This document shows positions 28,177-36,279 of a DNA stretch of 48,000 nt, one piece after another; position 1 is the stretch's first letter, and each line of letters opens with the position of its first letter. A model generated the notes under the pieces. The model searched no databases. It was not told the origin of the DNA and saw nothing but the letters and a program-made list of their open reading frames with translations. Made by a program: the position numbers and the translations under genes. Origin of the DNA: an uncultured bacterium (GTDB taxonomy: Bacteria; T1Sed10-126); NCBI GenBank assembly GCA_964566495.1, contig CAZMIT010000002.1, forward strand, positions 1-48,000, read 5' to 3'.

Positions 28177-29565
28177 GTGCAGTTTGAAACAGTAATCAGA
28201 GGAGGAAAAATTTATACCGGTCAAGATTGTTTCCGGGGCGATATTGGGATACGGGAGGGAAGCATCGCTGCTATAGCAGCTGAGCTATCTTCCGGGGAGG
28301 AGAAAACTATCGACGCCCGCGGTATGGAGGTGCTGCCGGCGGCGGTGGATCCCCACGTTCATTTCAATCTTGAGCTTCCTCTTTTGGATATAAGCTCCCG
28401 GGACAGCTATTGGACCGGAGGGCGAGCGGCGGCCCGGGGAGGCCTGACCACTGTTCTTGATTTCAGCGAACAGCGCCCGGGTGAACAATTAATTGCCGGC
28501 GTGGAGAGAAAAATTGAGCAGGCACGGGGAAACTCGCCGATCGACTATGGAATTCATCCGACAGTATACGATTGGGACCCCCGGCTGCTGGATGAAATTG
28601 AAAAGCTGGTTGAGGCGGGGTTCCCAACCCTGAAAATGTTTATGATTTATTCGGAAGAAGGCTGGCGCTCCCCGGAACCGGCGCTGCTGGAGGCGATGCG
28701 CCGGGCCTCTGAAGTCGGAGCCACTATTTTGGTTCACTGTGAAAACGATAAGCTGCTTGGATATTTTACCGAACAGGTGGCAGCCAGCGAAAATGAGGTC
28801 GGTGCCTACGGTCTGGCTCTGTCGCGTCCGAATGTCGTTGAGGCAAGCGCCGTTCAGCGAGCTGTTGACCTCTGTGAACACGTTGATGGCCGGCTTTACG
28901 TCGTCCACCTTTCGACTGCTGAGGGGGCCCGGTGCCTCAAAAAGGCGCAAAAACGGGGAGTCGATGTTACGGTCGAGACCTGTCCGCAGTTTTTACTCCT
29001 GACAGAGGAAAAATTGCAGGGCGAGGAAGGCCATCTCTTTGCCGCCTCCCCGCAGCTTAAGTCAACAGCTGATAACGAGGCTCTCTGGCAAGCCCTGGAG
29101 TCTGATGTAATCGACGTGATTGGCACCGATAATTGTACTTTTAACCGCCAGCAGAAAGATCTCTGGGAAGGAGATTTCCGCAAAATCCCCCGGGGACTGC
29201 CCGGCTGTGAGACACTATTTCCCTTGATATACACTCATGCCTATCGTCGCCGGGGTTGGCCTTTGAACGAGGTCGTTAGAAAAACCAGCCTGCTTCCTTC
29301 TCGTGCTCACGGTTTATATCCGGACAAAGGTTCGCTGCAGCCGGGTACCGATGCCGATATCATTGTTATTGATCCCCAAAATAGTCTTACCGTTAACCCG
29401 CAATCATTGCTCACTGACTCTGACTGGTCTCCCTACGAGGGTTTTGAACTCTACGGTTTCCCCGAGTATACAATCTGTCGGGGTAAAGTAGTGGTGGAAG
29501 AAGGAGAGATAATCGAGTCAATGCGCGGTCATGGCAAGCTTGTTCGACGATCACCCGTGGGGTAG
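28177..29565 (+). CDS. cyclic amidohydrolase (dihydropyrimidinase / D-hydantoinase family)
   Basis: 462 aa. DPHVHF (HxH), LKMFMIY (carbamylated-Lys context), VHCEN, VVHLST, GTDNC (Asp). GTG start only 5 nt after the regulator's stop. Confidence 0.85.
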   Translation: MQFETVIRGGKIYTGQDCFRGDIGIREGSIAAIAAELSSGEEKTIDARGMEVLPAAVDPHVHFNLELPLLDISSRDSYWTGGRAAARGGLTTVLDFSEQRPGEQLIAGVERKIEQARGNSPIDYGIHPTVYDWDPRLLDEIEKLVEAGFPTLKMFMIYSEEGWRSPEPALLEAMRRASEVGATILVHCENDKLLGYFTEQVAASENEVGAYGLALSRPNVVEASAVQRAVDLCEHVDGRLYVVHLSTAEGARCLKKAQKRGVDVTVETCPQFLLLTEEKLQGEEGHLFAASPQLKSTADNEALWQALESDVIDVIGTDNCTFNRQQKDLWEGDFRKIPRGLPGCETLFPLIYTHAYRRRGWPLNEVVRKTSLLPSRAHGLYPDKGSLQPGTDADIIVIDPQNSLTVNPQSLLTDSDWSPYEGFELYGFPEYTICRGKVVVEEGEIIESMRGHGKLVRRSPVG

Positions 29566-29580
29566 AATTTGCAGAATTAT

Positions 29581-29677
29581 ACAACCTATCGAAGCATCTT
29601 CCCCTCAGCCTTTTACTGGGAAAGAGCTGGGTTAAGGGGAGAGGGGAAGGAATTTTAGAACCCCTTCGGTAGGTTGT
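29581..29677. repeat. 97-nt extended imperfect hairpin closed by ACAACCTATCGAAG / CTTCGGTAGGTTGT
   Basis: 29581-29594 pairs with 29664-29677 (13 Watson-Crick pairs plus one T-G). Inner CTTCCCCTC (29598-29606) pairs with GAGGGGAAG (29641-29649). Confidence 0.8.
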
Positions 29678-29696
29678 AAGAAGAATTAAAAAATAT

Positions 29697-29725
29697 TTGA
29701 CAGCGTTTGAGTTACCTTTTATAAT
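29697..29725 (+). promoter_or_regulatory. perfect consensus sigma-70 promoter (TTGACA-17 nt-TATAAT)
   Basis: TTGACA at 29697-29702, exactly 17-nt spacer, TATAAT at 29720-29725, counted base by base. Confidence 0.75.
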
Positions 29726-29731
29726 ACTTAC

Positions 29732-29817
29732 CCTATAAATCCCCAATCCCCTCTTAAAGCCCTTCCCCACCAAAAGCCGGCTCCGGAAAACCGGGGCCGG
29801 CGTTTTTTCTTTTTTTT
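29732..29817 (+). ncRNA. candidate ~85-nt C-rich small RNA (promoter plus intrinsic terminator, no ORF)
   Basis: The predicted start lies about 7 nt after the -10 box. The body CCCUAUAAAUCCCCAAUCCCCUCUUAAAGCCCUUCCCCACCAAAA has no start codon and ends in the terminator at 29776-29817. Confidence 0.5.
29776..29817 (+). terminator. rho-independent terminator
   Basis: GCCGGCTCCGG (29776-29786), loop AAAA, CCGGGGCCGGC (29791-29801): 11 bp including one G-T. Followed by GTTTTTTCTTTTTTTT (29802-29817). Confidence 0.85.
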
Positions 29818-29942
29818 GACTGTAACCTTTCAACGTTATCCCAGGTAGGGCCTCCCGGAGCATCTCCCAGCCAAGCAACGTCATGCCCGACTTGCTCCGG
29901 CACAGGTAATGATGAAAGCGTTGGTGGTTAGGGGCTTGATCC

Positions 29943-30157
29943 CGGTCTATTCATGAAGCCCTATGAATAGACCGCCTGTAAGGCCGCCCATTCTAAGAAT
30001 GGGCGGGGTTAACCCAGCCGTTTACAGAACAACTGGAAAACTACAGCATGTAGAAATAACTAAACTGGCAAATAATTATTTAATCCTCACACGAAGCTGA
30101 TAAACGGCTGTCCTGTGGATGAACTATTCACGACAATCATGCTGTCGTGAATAGTTC
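29943..30157. repeat. cluster of three perfect hairpins plus one long-range 10-bp inverted repeat
   Basis: H1 29943-29974 (12 bp, CGGTCTATTCAT/ATGAATAGACCG). H2 29984-30006 (10 bp, CCGCCCATTC/GAATGGGCGG). Long-range pair CAGCCGTTTA 30015-30024 with TAAACGGCTG 30101-30110. H3 30121-30157 (15 bp, GAACTATTCACGACA/TGTCGTGAATAGTTC). H1 and H3 share CTATTCAYGA. Confidence 0.85.
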
Positions 30158-30176
30158 AGGTTGATGGGTTCTGTCG

Positions 30177-30205
30177 TTGACATTTAGGGGTTGTTTTCAT
30201 AGAAT
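30177..30205 (+). promoter_or_regulatory. candidate sigma-70 promoter of the pilus motor operon (TTGACA-17 nt-TAGAAT)
   Basis: TTGACA 30177-30182, 17-nt spacer, TAGAAT 30200-30205. Lies 58 nt upstream of the pilB TTG start. Confidence 0.6.
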
Positions 30206-30262
30206 TATTTATCAATGCTCCGGGTTATAAGACAGATGACTCTTTTCTGGAGGTAACTTTAA

Positions 30263-32023
30263 TTGCCCGTTCAGAAGAAAAAACTTGGTGAAATACTTAT
30301 CTCCGCCGGGTTAATCACCGAAGACCAACTCAACGAAGCGCTTGAAGAGCAGGAAGAGTCTGGTGAGCGCCTGGGTAAAATATTGAAAGACCTGGGGTAT
30401 ATAAAGGGGATTGAACTGGCAGCAGCCCTCTCCACCCAGCTAAACATACCTTATGTAAGTCTCTCCGACTACAATTTATCCGAGGAACTGGCTGAAGTCA
30501 TCCCCGAAGACGTGGCCCGGGAGAGGCGACTCATACCGATTGAAGAGCTTGAAGACCAGGTTGTGATAGCTGTTGCTGACCCCTTAAACGTAGCGGCCAT
30601 GGATGAAATCAAGATGATGGTCGGCAAGGCCGTCGAGCCGGTTATTGCGGCCGAGGAAGAGATTAACAATGCGATGGGCGACATTTATGGTTCTGCCGAT
30701 CAAATTTCCGGCGTAATTGAGGATATGACCGAAGACGACGTGGATATTGTCTCGGACCAGGGGCCGGAGGTTGGGCAGGATATCGAAGAACAGGTTAACG
30801 AGACGCCGGTGATCAAGCTGGTCAATATGATCCTGCTGGAAGCGATAAAAAATCGCGCCAGTGATATTCACCTGGAGCCGTTTGAACACCGGTTTGTGGT
30901 TCGCATCAGAATTGACGGTGTCCTGCAGGAACTGAATCCGCCGCCTAAGGAATTGCAGTCGGCTGTCATCTCCCGGGTGAAGGTAATGGCCGATCTGGAT
31001 ATCGCTGAGACCCGGTTGCCGCAGGACGGCAGAATTCGATTGCAGTTGAGCGGCCAGGTGCTTGACTTTCGGGTAAGCACAATTCCCACCGTTTTTGGTG
31101 AGAGTGTTGTTCTGCGGCTTTTGAGCCAGGATGACATTGACCTCGAAACGGATGTGCTCGGTTTTATTCCGGAAGTGGAGGATCGCTTTCAGGAGATTAT
31201 TGAAAGACCTAATGGCATAGTTCTTGTTACTGGTCCTACGGGTTGCGGAAAGACTACGACGCTTTATGCCGGTTTAAACCATATCAACAATCCGGAGGAT
31301 AAAATAATTACGATGGAGGATCCGGTTGAATATGAGCTGCCCGGTTTAATCCAGTGCCAGGTGAACGAAGAGGTTGGCTTTACTTTTGCCTCCGGGCTAC
31401 GTTCCATTTTGCGCCAGGACCCGGATATCTGTCTCGTCGGTGAGATTCGTGACGTTGAGACGGCGGAAATTGCCGTCCAGGCCTCTCTGACCGGGCACCT
31501 TGTAATGTCCACCACCCATACTAACGAGGCGGCGGGAGCAATCACTCGTCTTGTTGACATGGGAGTGCAGCCTTTTCTGCTCACTTCCACCATCCAGGCC
31601 ATTGTGGCTCAGCGGCTGGTTCGTCTGATCTGTGAAGAGTGTCGCGAGGAGTATGAACCCGATCCTGACGATTTGCGACAGTTGGGTAAGGACCCCGCCG
31701 AGTGGGCAGATCATAATTTTACCCACGGGACAGGTTGTGAAAACTGTGGCGACACCGGTTTTCGGGGACGTACCGGTATATTTGAACTGCTGGAGATGTC
31801 AAAGGGAGTCAGTGAGCTCGTCAATGAACGTGCCTCGGCTGAACAGATCTTTCAGCAGGCGACCGACGAGGGAATGATACCGATGCGTGATGATGGCTGG
31901 CAGAAGGTAGTTGACGGACAGACGACGATTGAGGAAGTGCTGCGCGTCGCCCCCGTTGAATCTGGTGTTTCTATTGAAATCTCGGAGGAAGACTTTGACG
32001 AGGAGTTCGCCCAATACCTGTGA
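30263..32023 (+). CDS. pilB: type IV pilus / type II secretion assembly ATPase (PilB/GspE/MshE family) with an intact MshEN-type N-terminal domain
   Basis: 586 aa, TTG start after GGAGG. Walker A GPTGCGKTT, tetracysteine CEEC...CENC. The N-terminus carries two 24-residue MshEN motifs (see findings). Confidence 0.9.
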   Translation: MPVQKKKLGEILISAGLITEDQLNEALEEQEESGERLGKILKDLGYIKGIELAAALSTQLNIPYVSLSDYNLSEELAEVIPEDVARERRLIPIEELEDQVVIAVADPLNVAAMDEIKMMVGKAVEPVIAAEEEINNAMGDIYGSADQISGVIEDMTEDDVDIVSDQGPEVGQDIEEQVNETPVIKLVNMILLEAIKNRASDIHLEPFEHRFVVRIRIDGVLQELNPPPKELQSAVISRVKVMADLDIAETRLPQDGRIRLQLSGQVLDFRVSTIPTVFGESVVLRLLSQDDIDLETDVLGFIPEVEDRFQEIIERPNGIVLVTGPTGCGKTTTLYAGLNHINNPEDKIITMEDPVEYELPGLIQCQVNEEVGFTFASGLRSILRQDPDICLVGEIRDVETAEIAVQASLTGHLVMSTTHTNEAAGAITRLVDMGVQPFLLTSTIQAIVAQRLVRLICEECREEYEPDPDDLRQLGKDPAEWADHNFTHGTGCENCGDTGFRGRTGIFELLEMSKGVSELVNERASAEQIFQQATDEGMIPMRDDGWQKVVDGQTTIEEVLRVAPVESGVSIEISEEDFDEEFAQYL

Positions 32024-32060
32024 ATATAACGGCTATTAACGCCGTTAAGGAGGTCCTTTT

Positions 32061-33779
32061 ATGGACGCCGGTAGATTAATAGAGTCCCTGGTTGAAAAGA
32101 AAAAATTGACCCCCGAAGAAGGGGATGAAGTGTTGACCCGCGGGGAGACGACCGGAGAAGAAGTTCTTGCTATAATCACACGGGAATTTGAGATAGATCG
32201 AAAGGAAACCCTGGAAACTTATGCCCATAGTTATGGGATGGAATTTGTTGATCTATCCGACGCCGAGCCAATCGATGACGCTGACGAAATTATTGACTCC
32301 GCAACGGCTCAACAGTATTTTGTTTTTCCCTACGAAAAGACATCAACCTCTCTGAAACTGGCTGTTGCCGAACCCCCCGACTTGCGTATGATGGATGATT
32401 TAGAAGCTATCCTGGAGATGCCTATCGAATGTTCGCTGGCCGATCCGGAGGAATTAGAGGAGTTAATTACCACCTATTATGGCACCTCGATGGATGATAT
32501 TGACAACGTGCTGGATGAGCTGGGAGAAGAAGACCTGGTACACGTCGAGGAAGAGGATGAGGAGGCAGATGTTGCGGAGCTGGAGGAGCAGGCGGAAGAG
32601 GCACCGGTAATTAAGCTGGTAAATATGATTATAATGGAAGCTGTTCAACGGGGGACCAGCGACATTCACATTGAACCCCTCGAGGGACGATTGCTCGTTC
32701 GCTACCGCATTGACGGGGTCCTGCATAAAGCACACGAACCCCCGAAGCGACTGCAGGGGGCGATTGTTTCGCGGATAAAGATAATGTCGGAGATGGATAT
32801 TGCCGAACGGCGTATACCTCAGGACGGGCGGATCAAGTTAAAGATGATGGGGAAGGAACTTGATTTTCGGGTTAGCTGTCTGCCCGGTATTCACGGCGAG
32901 AGCGTCGTACTTCGAATTCTTGACAAGGAATCTGTGAATATCGGCCTGGAAACGCTGGGATTTCTACCGGATAATAAGGCTATATTTGACAAATTGATTC
33001 GCAAACCGAACGGGATTATTCTGGTCACCGGTCCGACCGGTTCGGGTAAGACGACGACCCTGTATTCTGCTTTGCAGGAACTTAATACGCCGGACCGCAA
33101 GCTGATTACGATTGAGAACCCGGTTGAGTATCAGCTGGAAGGCATAAACCAAATGCAGGTGAACGACGAGATCGGGCTGGATTTTTCACGGGGATTGAGT
33201 TCACTGCTCCGCCAGTCGCCGGACGTTATTCTTGTCGGGGAAATACGTGACTACGAGACGGCCGAGACGGCAATACGGGCGGCTCTCACCGGTCACCTGG
33301 TCTTTTCGACACTGCATACCAACGATGCCCCCAGCGCCGTGAACCGCCTGGTTGACCTTGGTGTCAACGCTTACCTGATCAGCTCGGCCGTGCAGGCTAT
33401 TATGGCCCAGCGCCTGGTCCGGAAAATTTGTGACAACTGTAAGGTTGAATACGAGCCGGAGATGGAATATATCCACCGAGTCGGATTCCCAGAGGAAGAC
33501 GTTGAAGAGACGACTTTCTATCAGGGAGAAGGCTGTGAAAATTGCAACATGACCGGCTATACCGGTCGGACCGCTGTCTTTGAAATGATGGTTACTAACG
33601 AACAAATGAAGGATATGATACTTGAAGGCTGTACGACTAACGAGCTGCGCGATGTGGCCATCGATAGCGGCATGAGGACCCTGCGCCAGGACGGCTTCAT
33701 CAAGGTTAAGATGGGCGACACGACGCTGATGGAAGTCGCCCGGGTAACTCAGGCCCACGGAACCGCGGCCGCGGTGTAA
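32061..33779 (+). CDS. second PilB/GspE-family assembly ATPase paralog
   Basis: 572 aa, AGGAGG RBS. Walker A GPTGSGKTT, tetracysteine CDNC...CENC. The N-terminal domain is diverged. Confidence 0.9.
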   Translation: MDAGRLIESLVEKKKLTPEEGDEVLTRGETTGEEVLAIITREFEIDRKETLETYAHSYGMEFVDLSDAEPIDDADEIIDSATAQQYFVFPYEKTSTSLKLAVAEPPDLRMMDDLEAILEMPIECSLADPEELEELITTYYGTSMDDIDNVLDELGEEDLVHVEEEDEEADVAELEEQAEEAPVIKLVNMIIMEAVQRGTSDIHIEPLEGRLLVRYRIDGVLHKAHEPPKRLQGAIVSRIKIMSEMDIAERRIPQDGRIKLKMMGKELDFRVSCLPGIHGESVVLRILDKESVNIGLETLGFLPDNKAIFDKLIRKPNGIILVTGPTGSGKTTTLYSALQELNTPDRKLITIENPVEYQLEGINQMQVNDEIGLDFSRGLSSLLRQSPDVILVGEIRDYETAETAIRAALTGHLVFSTLHTNDAPSAVNRLVDLGVNAYLISSAVQAIMAQRLVRKICDNCKVEYEPEMEYIHRVGFPEEDVEETTFYQGEGCENCNMTGYTGRTAVFEMMVTNEQMKDMILEGCTTNELRDVAIDSGMRTLRQDGFIKVKMGDTTLMEVARVTQAHGTAAAV

Positions 33780-33926
33780 AGCGCAGATCGCGGATCGCAG
33801 GGAGTAAATTTTTTCGACTTGTTCGGCCACAGATATTGATTTATGATTTTGAATTTGATTTTGCGCAGCGCGCTAAGCGCCATGCGCCCCGCGATTACAT
33901 ATAACTCTATCGAGGAGGAAGTTTGA

Positions 33927-34979
33927 ATGGACGTTTTTGACCTTATGCAGATGTGCATAGACCAGGATGCCTCGGACATTCATTTGACCGTGGGAACCAA
34001 GCCAGTGTTACGGGTTGACGGGGGAATTAAAAAGGTGGACGAAGCTGAAAAATTAACCCCCCAGGACACCGAAAAGATGGTTAAGGCTGTCGCGCCGGAC
34101 GAACACCTGGAAAAGCTGGCCAAGGCCGGCCAGAGTGACTTTGGTTACGAAATGGAGGACGGCAACCGTTTCCGGGTCGCTATTTTTAAACAGCAAAAAT
34201 ACGCCGGCATGGTTATGCGGCTTATTCCTAAAAAAATATTTACTTTTGAAGAGCTGGGGTTGCCTTCAAAAATGAAGGAAATTTGCACCTACCCCCGGGG
34301 AATAGTTCTCGTCACCGGGCCTACCGGTTCCGGGAAAACCACCACCCTGGCCGCTTTTATCGATTATATAAATTCTAACTTTGGCAAGCATATAATTACA
34401 ATCGAGGACCCGATAGAATTTAAACATCCGCACAAGCAGTCGATTATAACTCAGCGTGAACTGGGTGTCGACGTGCTCTCGTTTAGCGACGGCATCCGTT
34501 CCGGCCTGCGTATGGACCCTGACGTTATGCTGGTCGGTGAGATGCGCGACCAGGAGACAATCGGTGCCGCGATAACCGCCGCTGAGACCGGTCACCTCGT
34601 TTTTGCAACTCTGCATACTAACAGTGCCGCACAGACGGTCAACCGGATTATTGATACTTTCCCCCAGGAAGAACAGTCCCAGGTGCGTTCGCAGCTTTCA
34701 ATCACACTGACTTCGGTCATCTCCCAGACGCTAATGCCCTTAAAGAGTGGCACCGGACGGACTGCGGCTTTTGAAATAATGATTGCAACACCCGGAATTC
34801 AGAATTTGATTCGCGAGAAGAAGGAACAGAACATCCCCTCGGCCATTCAGACCGGTGGCAACCTGGGCATGCAGACTCTTGACCAGCACCTGCAGCAGCT
34901 TTACCAGCGCGGTAAAATTTCCTACGACGAGGCTGTTGCCAACGCCCAGAACGCCGAGGAACTGAAGAAAAAATTGTAA
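33927..34979 (+). CDS. pilT: twitching-motility (retraction) ATPase PilT
   Basis: 350 aa. ASDIHL, GPTGSGKTT, and PGIQNLIRE (variant of the AIRNLIRE PilT signature). Confidence 0.9.
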   Translation: MDVFDLMQMCIDQDASDIHLTVGTKPVLRVDGGIKKVDEAEKLTPQDTEKMVKAVAPDEHLEKLAKAGQSDFGYEMEDGNRFRVAIFKQQKYAGMVMRLIPKKIFTFEELGLPSKMKEICTYPRGIVLVTGPTGSGKTTTLAAFIDYINSNFGKHIITIEDPIEFKHPHKQSIITQRELGVDVLSFSDGIRSGLRMDPDVMLVGEMRDQETIGAAITAAETGHLVFATLHTNSAAQTVNRIIDTFPQEEQSQVRSQLSITLTSVISQTLMPLKSGTGRTAAFEIMIATPGIQNLIREKKEQNIPSAIQTGGNLGMQTLDQHLQQLYQRGKISYDEAVANAQNAEELKKKL

Positions 34980-35024
34980 CTCCACTGTAGTAAAAAAAGT
35001 TTTTAATCCCATGGAGGTTTAACG

Positions 35025-36242
35025 ATGCCTACTTTTGAATATCAGGCGATGGATTCCAGCGGTCAGGAGGTCTCGGGCCGGATTGATGCGGCCAGCGAAA
35101 GTGCTGCCGTCTCCGACCTGAAAGACCAGGGTTACCGGCCCTTTGAAGTCAATGAGGTCTCCACTGGCGACTTCGACATCTTGGATTATATTCCACTGAT
35201 TGGCGGTACTCCGGTAAGTGGTGAGGAGGTTGCCCTGTTCACCAGGCAGATGGCGACCCTGCTGGACGCCGGACTGCCGCTGCTGCGGGCCGTCAACGTC
35301 CTGAAAGAGCAGACAGAGAACGAGGATTTTCAACAAATACTGGGCCAGATTGCCCAGGACATCCAGGGAGGAGCCAGCTTCAGCGAGGCCCTGAAAGCAC
35401 ATCCCGACGTCTTCGAAGAGCTTTACATTAACATGGTCAAGGCGGGTGAGGTCGGTGGAGTGATGGAACAGGTGCTTGACCGGCTGGCTGATTTTGCCGA
35501 GTCCGCACAGGAGCTGCGGATGAAGATTAAGTCGGCAACCATGTATCCGGCTATTATGTTTGGCATAGCAATCCTGGTTGTATCTTTTCTGCTGGTATTT
35601 GTTCTGCCCACCTTTATCGACCTTTTCTCTGAGATGGGAGTCGATTTACCGTTGCCGACTCGAATTGTAATTGGTTTGAGTAATTTCCTCCAGCATCGCT
35701 GGTATGTGGTTATTATTGCTGCCATCGGTGGCTTTTATGGTTTGAAGTGGTATTATGGAACTGACCAGGGAGAATACAATATTGATAAAATGAAAATAAA
35801 CATGCCCATTTTCGGGACGCTATTTCGGAAGGTAGCCGTGGCTCGCTTCGCTCGCACTCTATCAACGCTGATTCAGAGCGGGGTTCCGATACTGCAGGCG
35901 ATTGAGATTGTCCAGGACACTATCGGCAATCGAGTTGTCTCTGAAGTTATGGATGACGTCTACGACAGTATCAGCGAGGGTGATACAATTAGTGAGCCGC
36001 TGGCTGAATCGGGTGTCTTCCCCCCAATGGTCACCAACATGATATCGGTCGGGGAAGAGACCGGTAATCTCGACGGTATGCTCAGCCGCGTCGCCGACAC
36101 CTATGAGATGCAGGTCGACGAGATGGTCGAGGGGCTCAGTTCAATGCTCGAACCGATTCTTATTCTTTTTATGGGGATTATGGTCGGGACAATCGTCATG
36201 GCCATGTTCTTCCCGATGTTCCAATTGATCCAGGTGGTCTGA
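35025..36242 (+). CDS. pilC: type IV pilus platform protein PilC (GspF family)
   Basis: 405 aa with a duplicated GspF domain, three hydrophobic segments, and blocks LATLLDAGLPLLRA and LSTLIQSGVPILQA. Confidence 0.9.
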   Translation: MPTFEYQAMDSSGQEVSGRIDAASESAAVSDLKDQGYRPFEVNEVSTGDFDILDYIPLIGGTPVSGEEVALFTRQMATLLDAGLPLLRAVNVLKEQTENEDFQQILGQIAQDIQGGASFSEALKAHPDVFEELYINMVKAGEVGGVMEQVLDRLADFAESAQELRMKIKSATMYPAIMFGIAILVVSFLLVFVLPTFIDLFSEMGVDLPLPTRIVIGLSNFLQHRWYVVIIAAIGGFYGLKWYYGTDQGEYNIDKMKINMPIFGTLFRKVAVARFARTLSTLIQSGVPILQAIEIVQDTIGNRVVSEVMDDVYDSISEGDTISEPLAESGVFPPMVTNMISVGEETGNLDGMLSRVADTYEMQVDEMVEGLSSMLEPILILFMGIMVGTIVMAMFFPMFQLIQVV

Positions 36243-36279
36243 TAACCAGTCACGATAATCTCACAATGAAGGTGTAAAT

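Noticed and set aside
29411-29884. 157-aa minus-strand ORF, and the 41719-41991 plus-strand ORF (90 aa)
   Set aside because: Both run through repeat modules and through the promoter/terminator region or the end of atpI. No RBS and no recognisable domain.
29818-30176. RNase P RNA, tmRNA, SRP RNA or 6S RNA in the structured 360-bp gap
   Set aside because: No GAGGAAAGUCC-type RNase P core, no tRNA-like 3' end or tag reading frame, and no SRP domain IV motif. 6S cannot be excluded by eye but nothing specific supports it.
33201-33830. Long antisense ORFs inside conserved genes (e.g. 33201-33830, 209 aa; 43917-44621, 234 aa; 23153-23671, 172 aa; 105-563, 152 aa; 8350-8835, 161 aa; 36757-37251, 164 aa)
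   Set aside because: Each lies opposite a gene with strong family signatures, lacks an RBS and has low-complexity or odd composition. Typical shadow ORFs.
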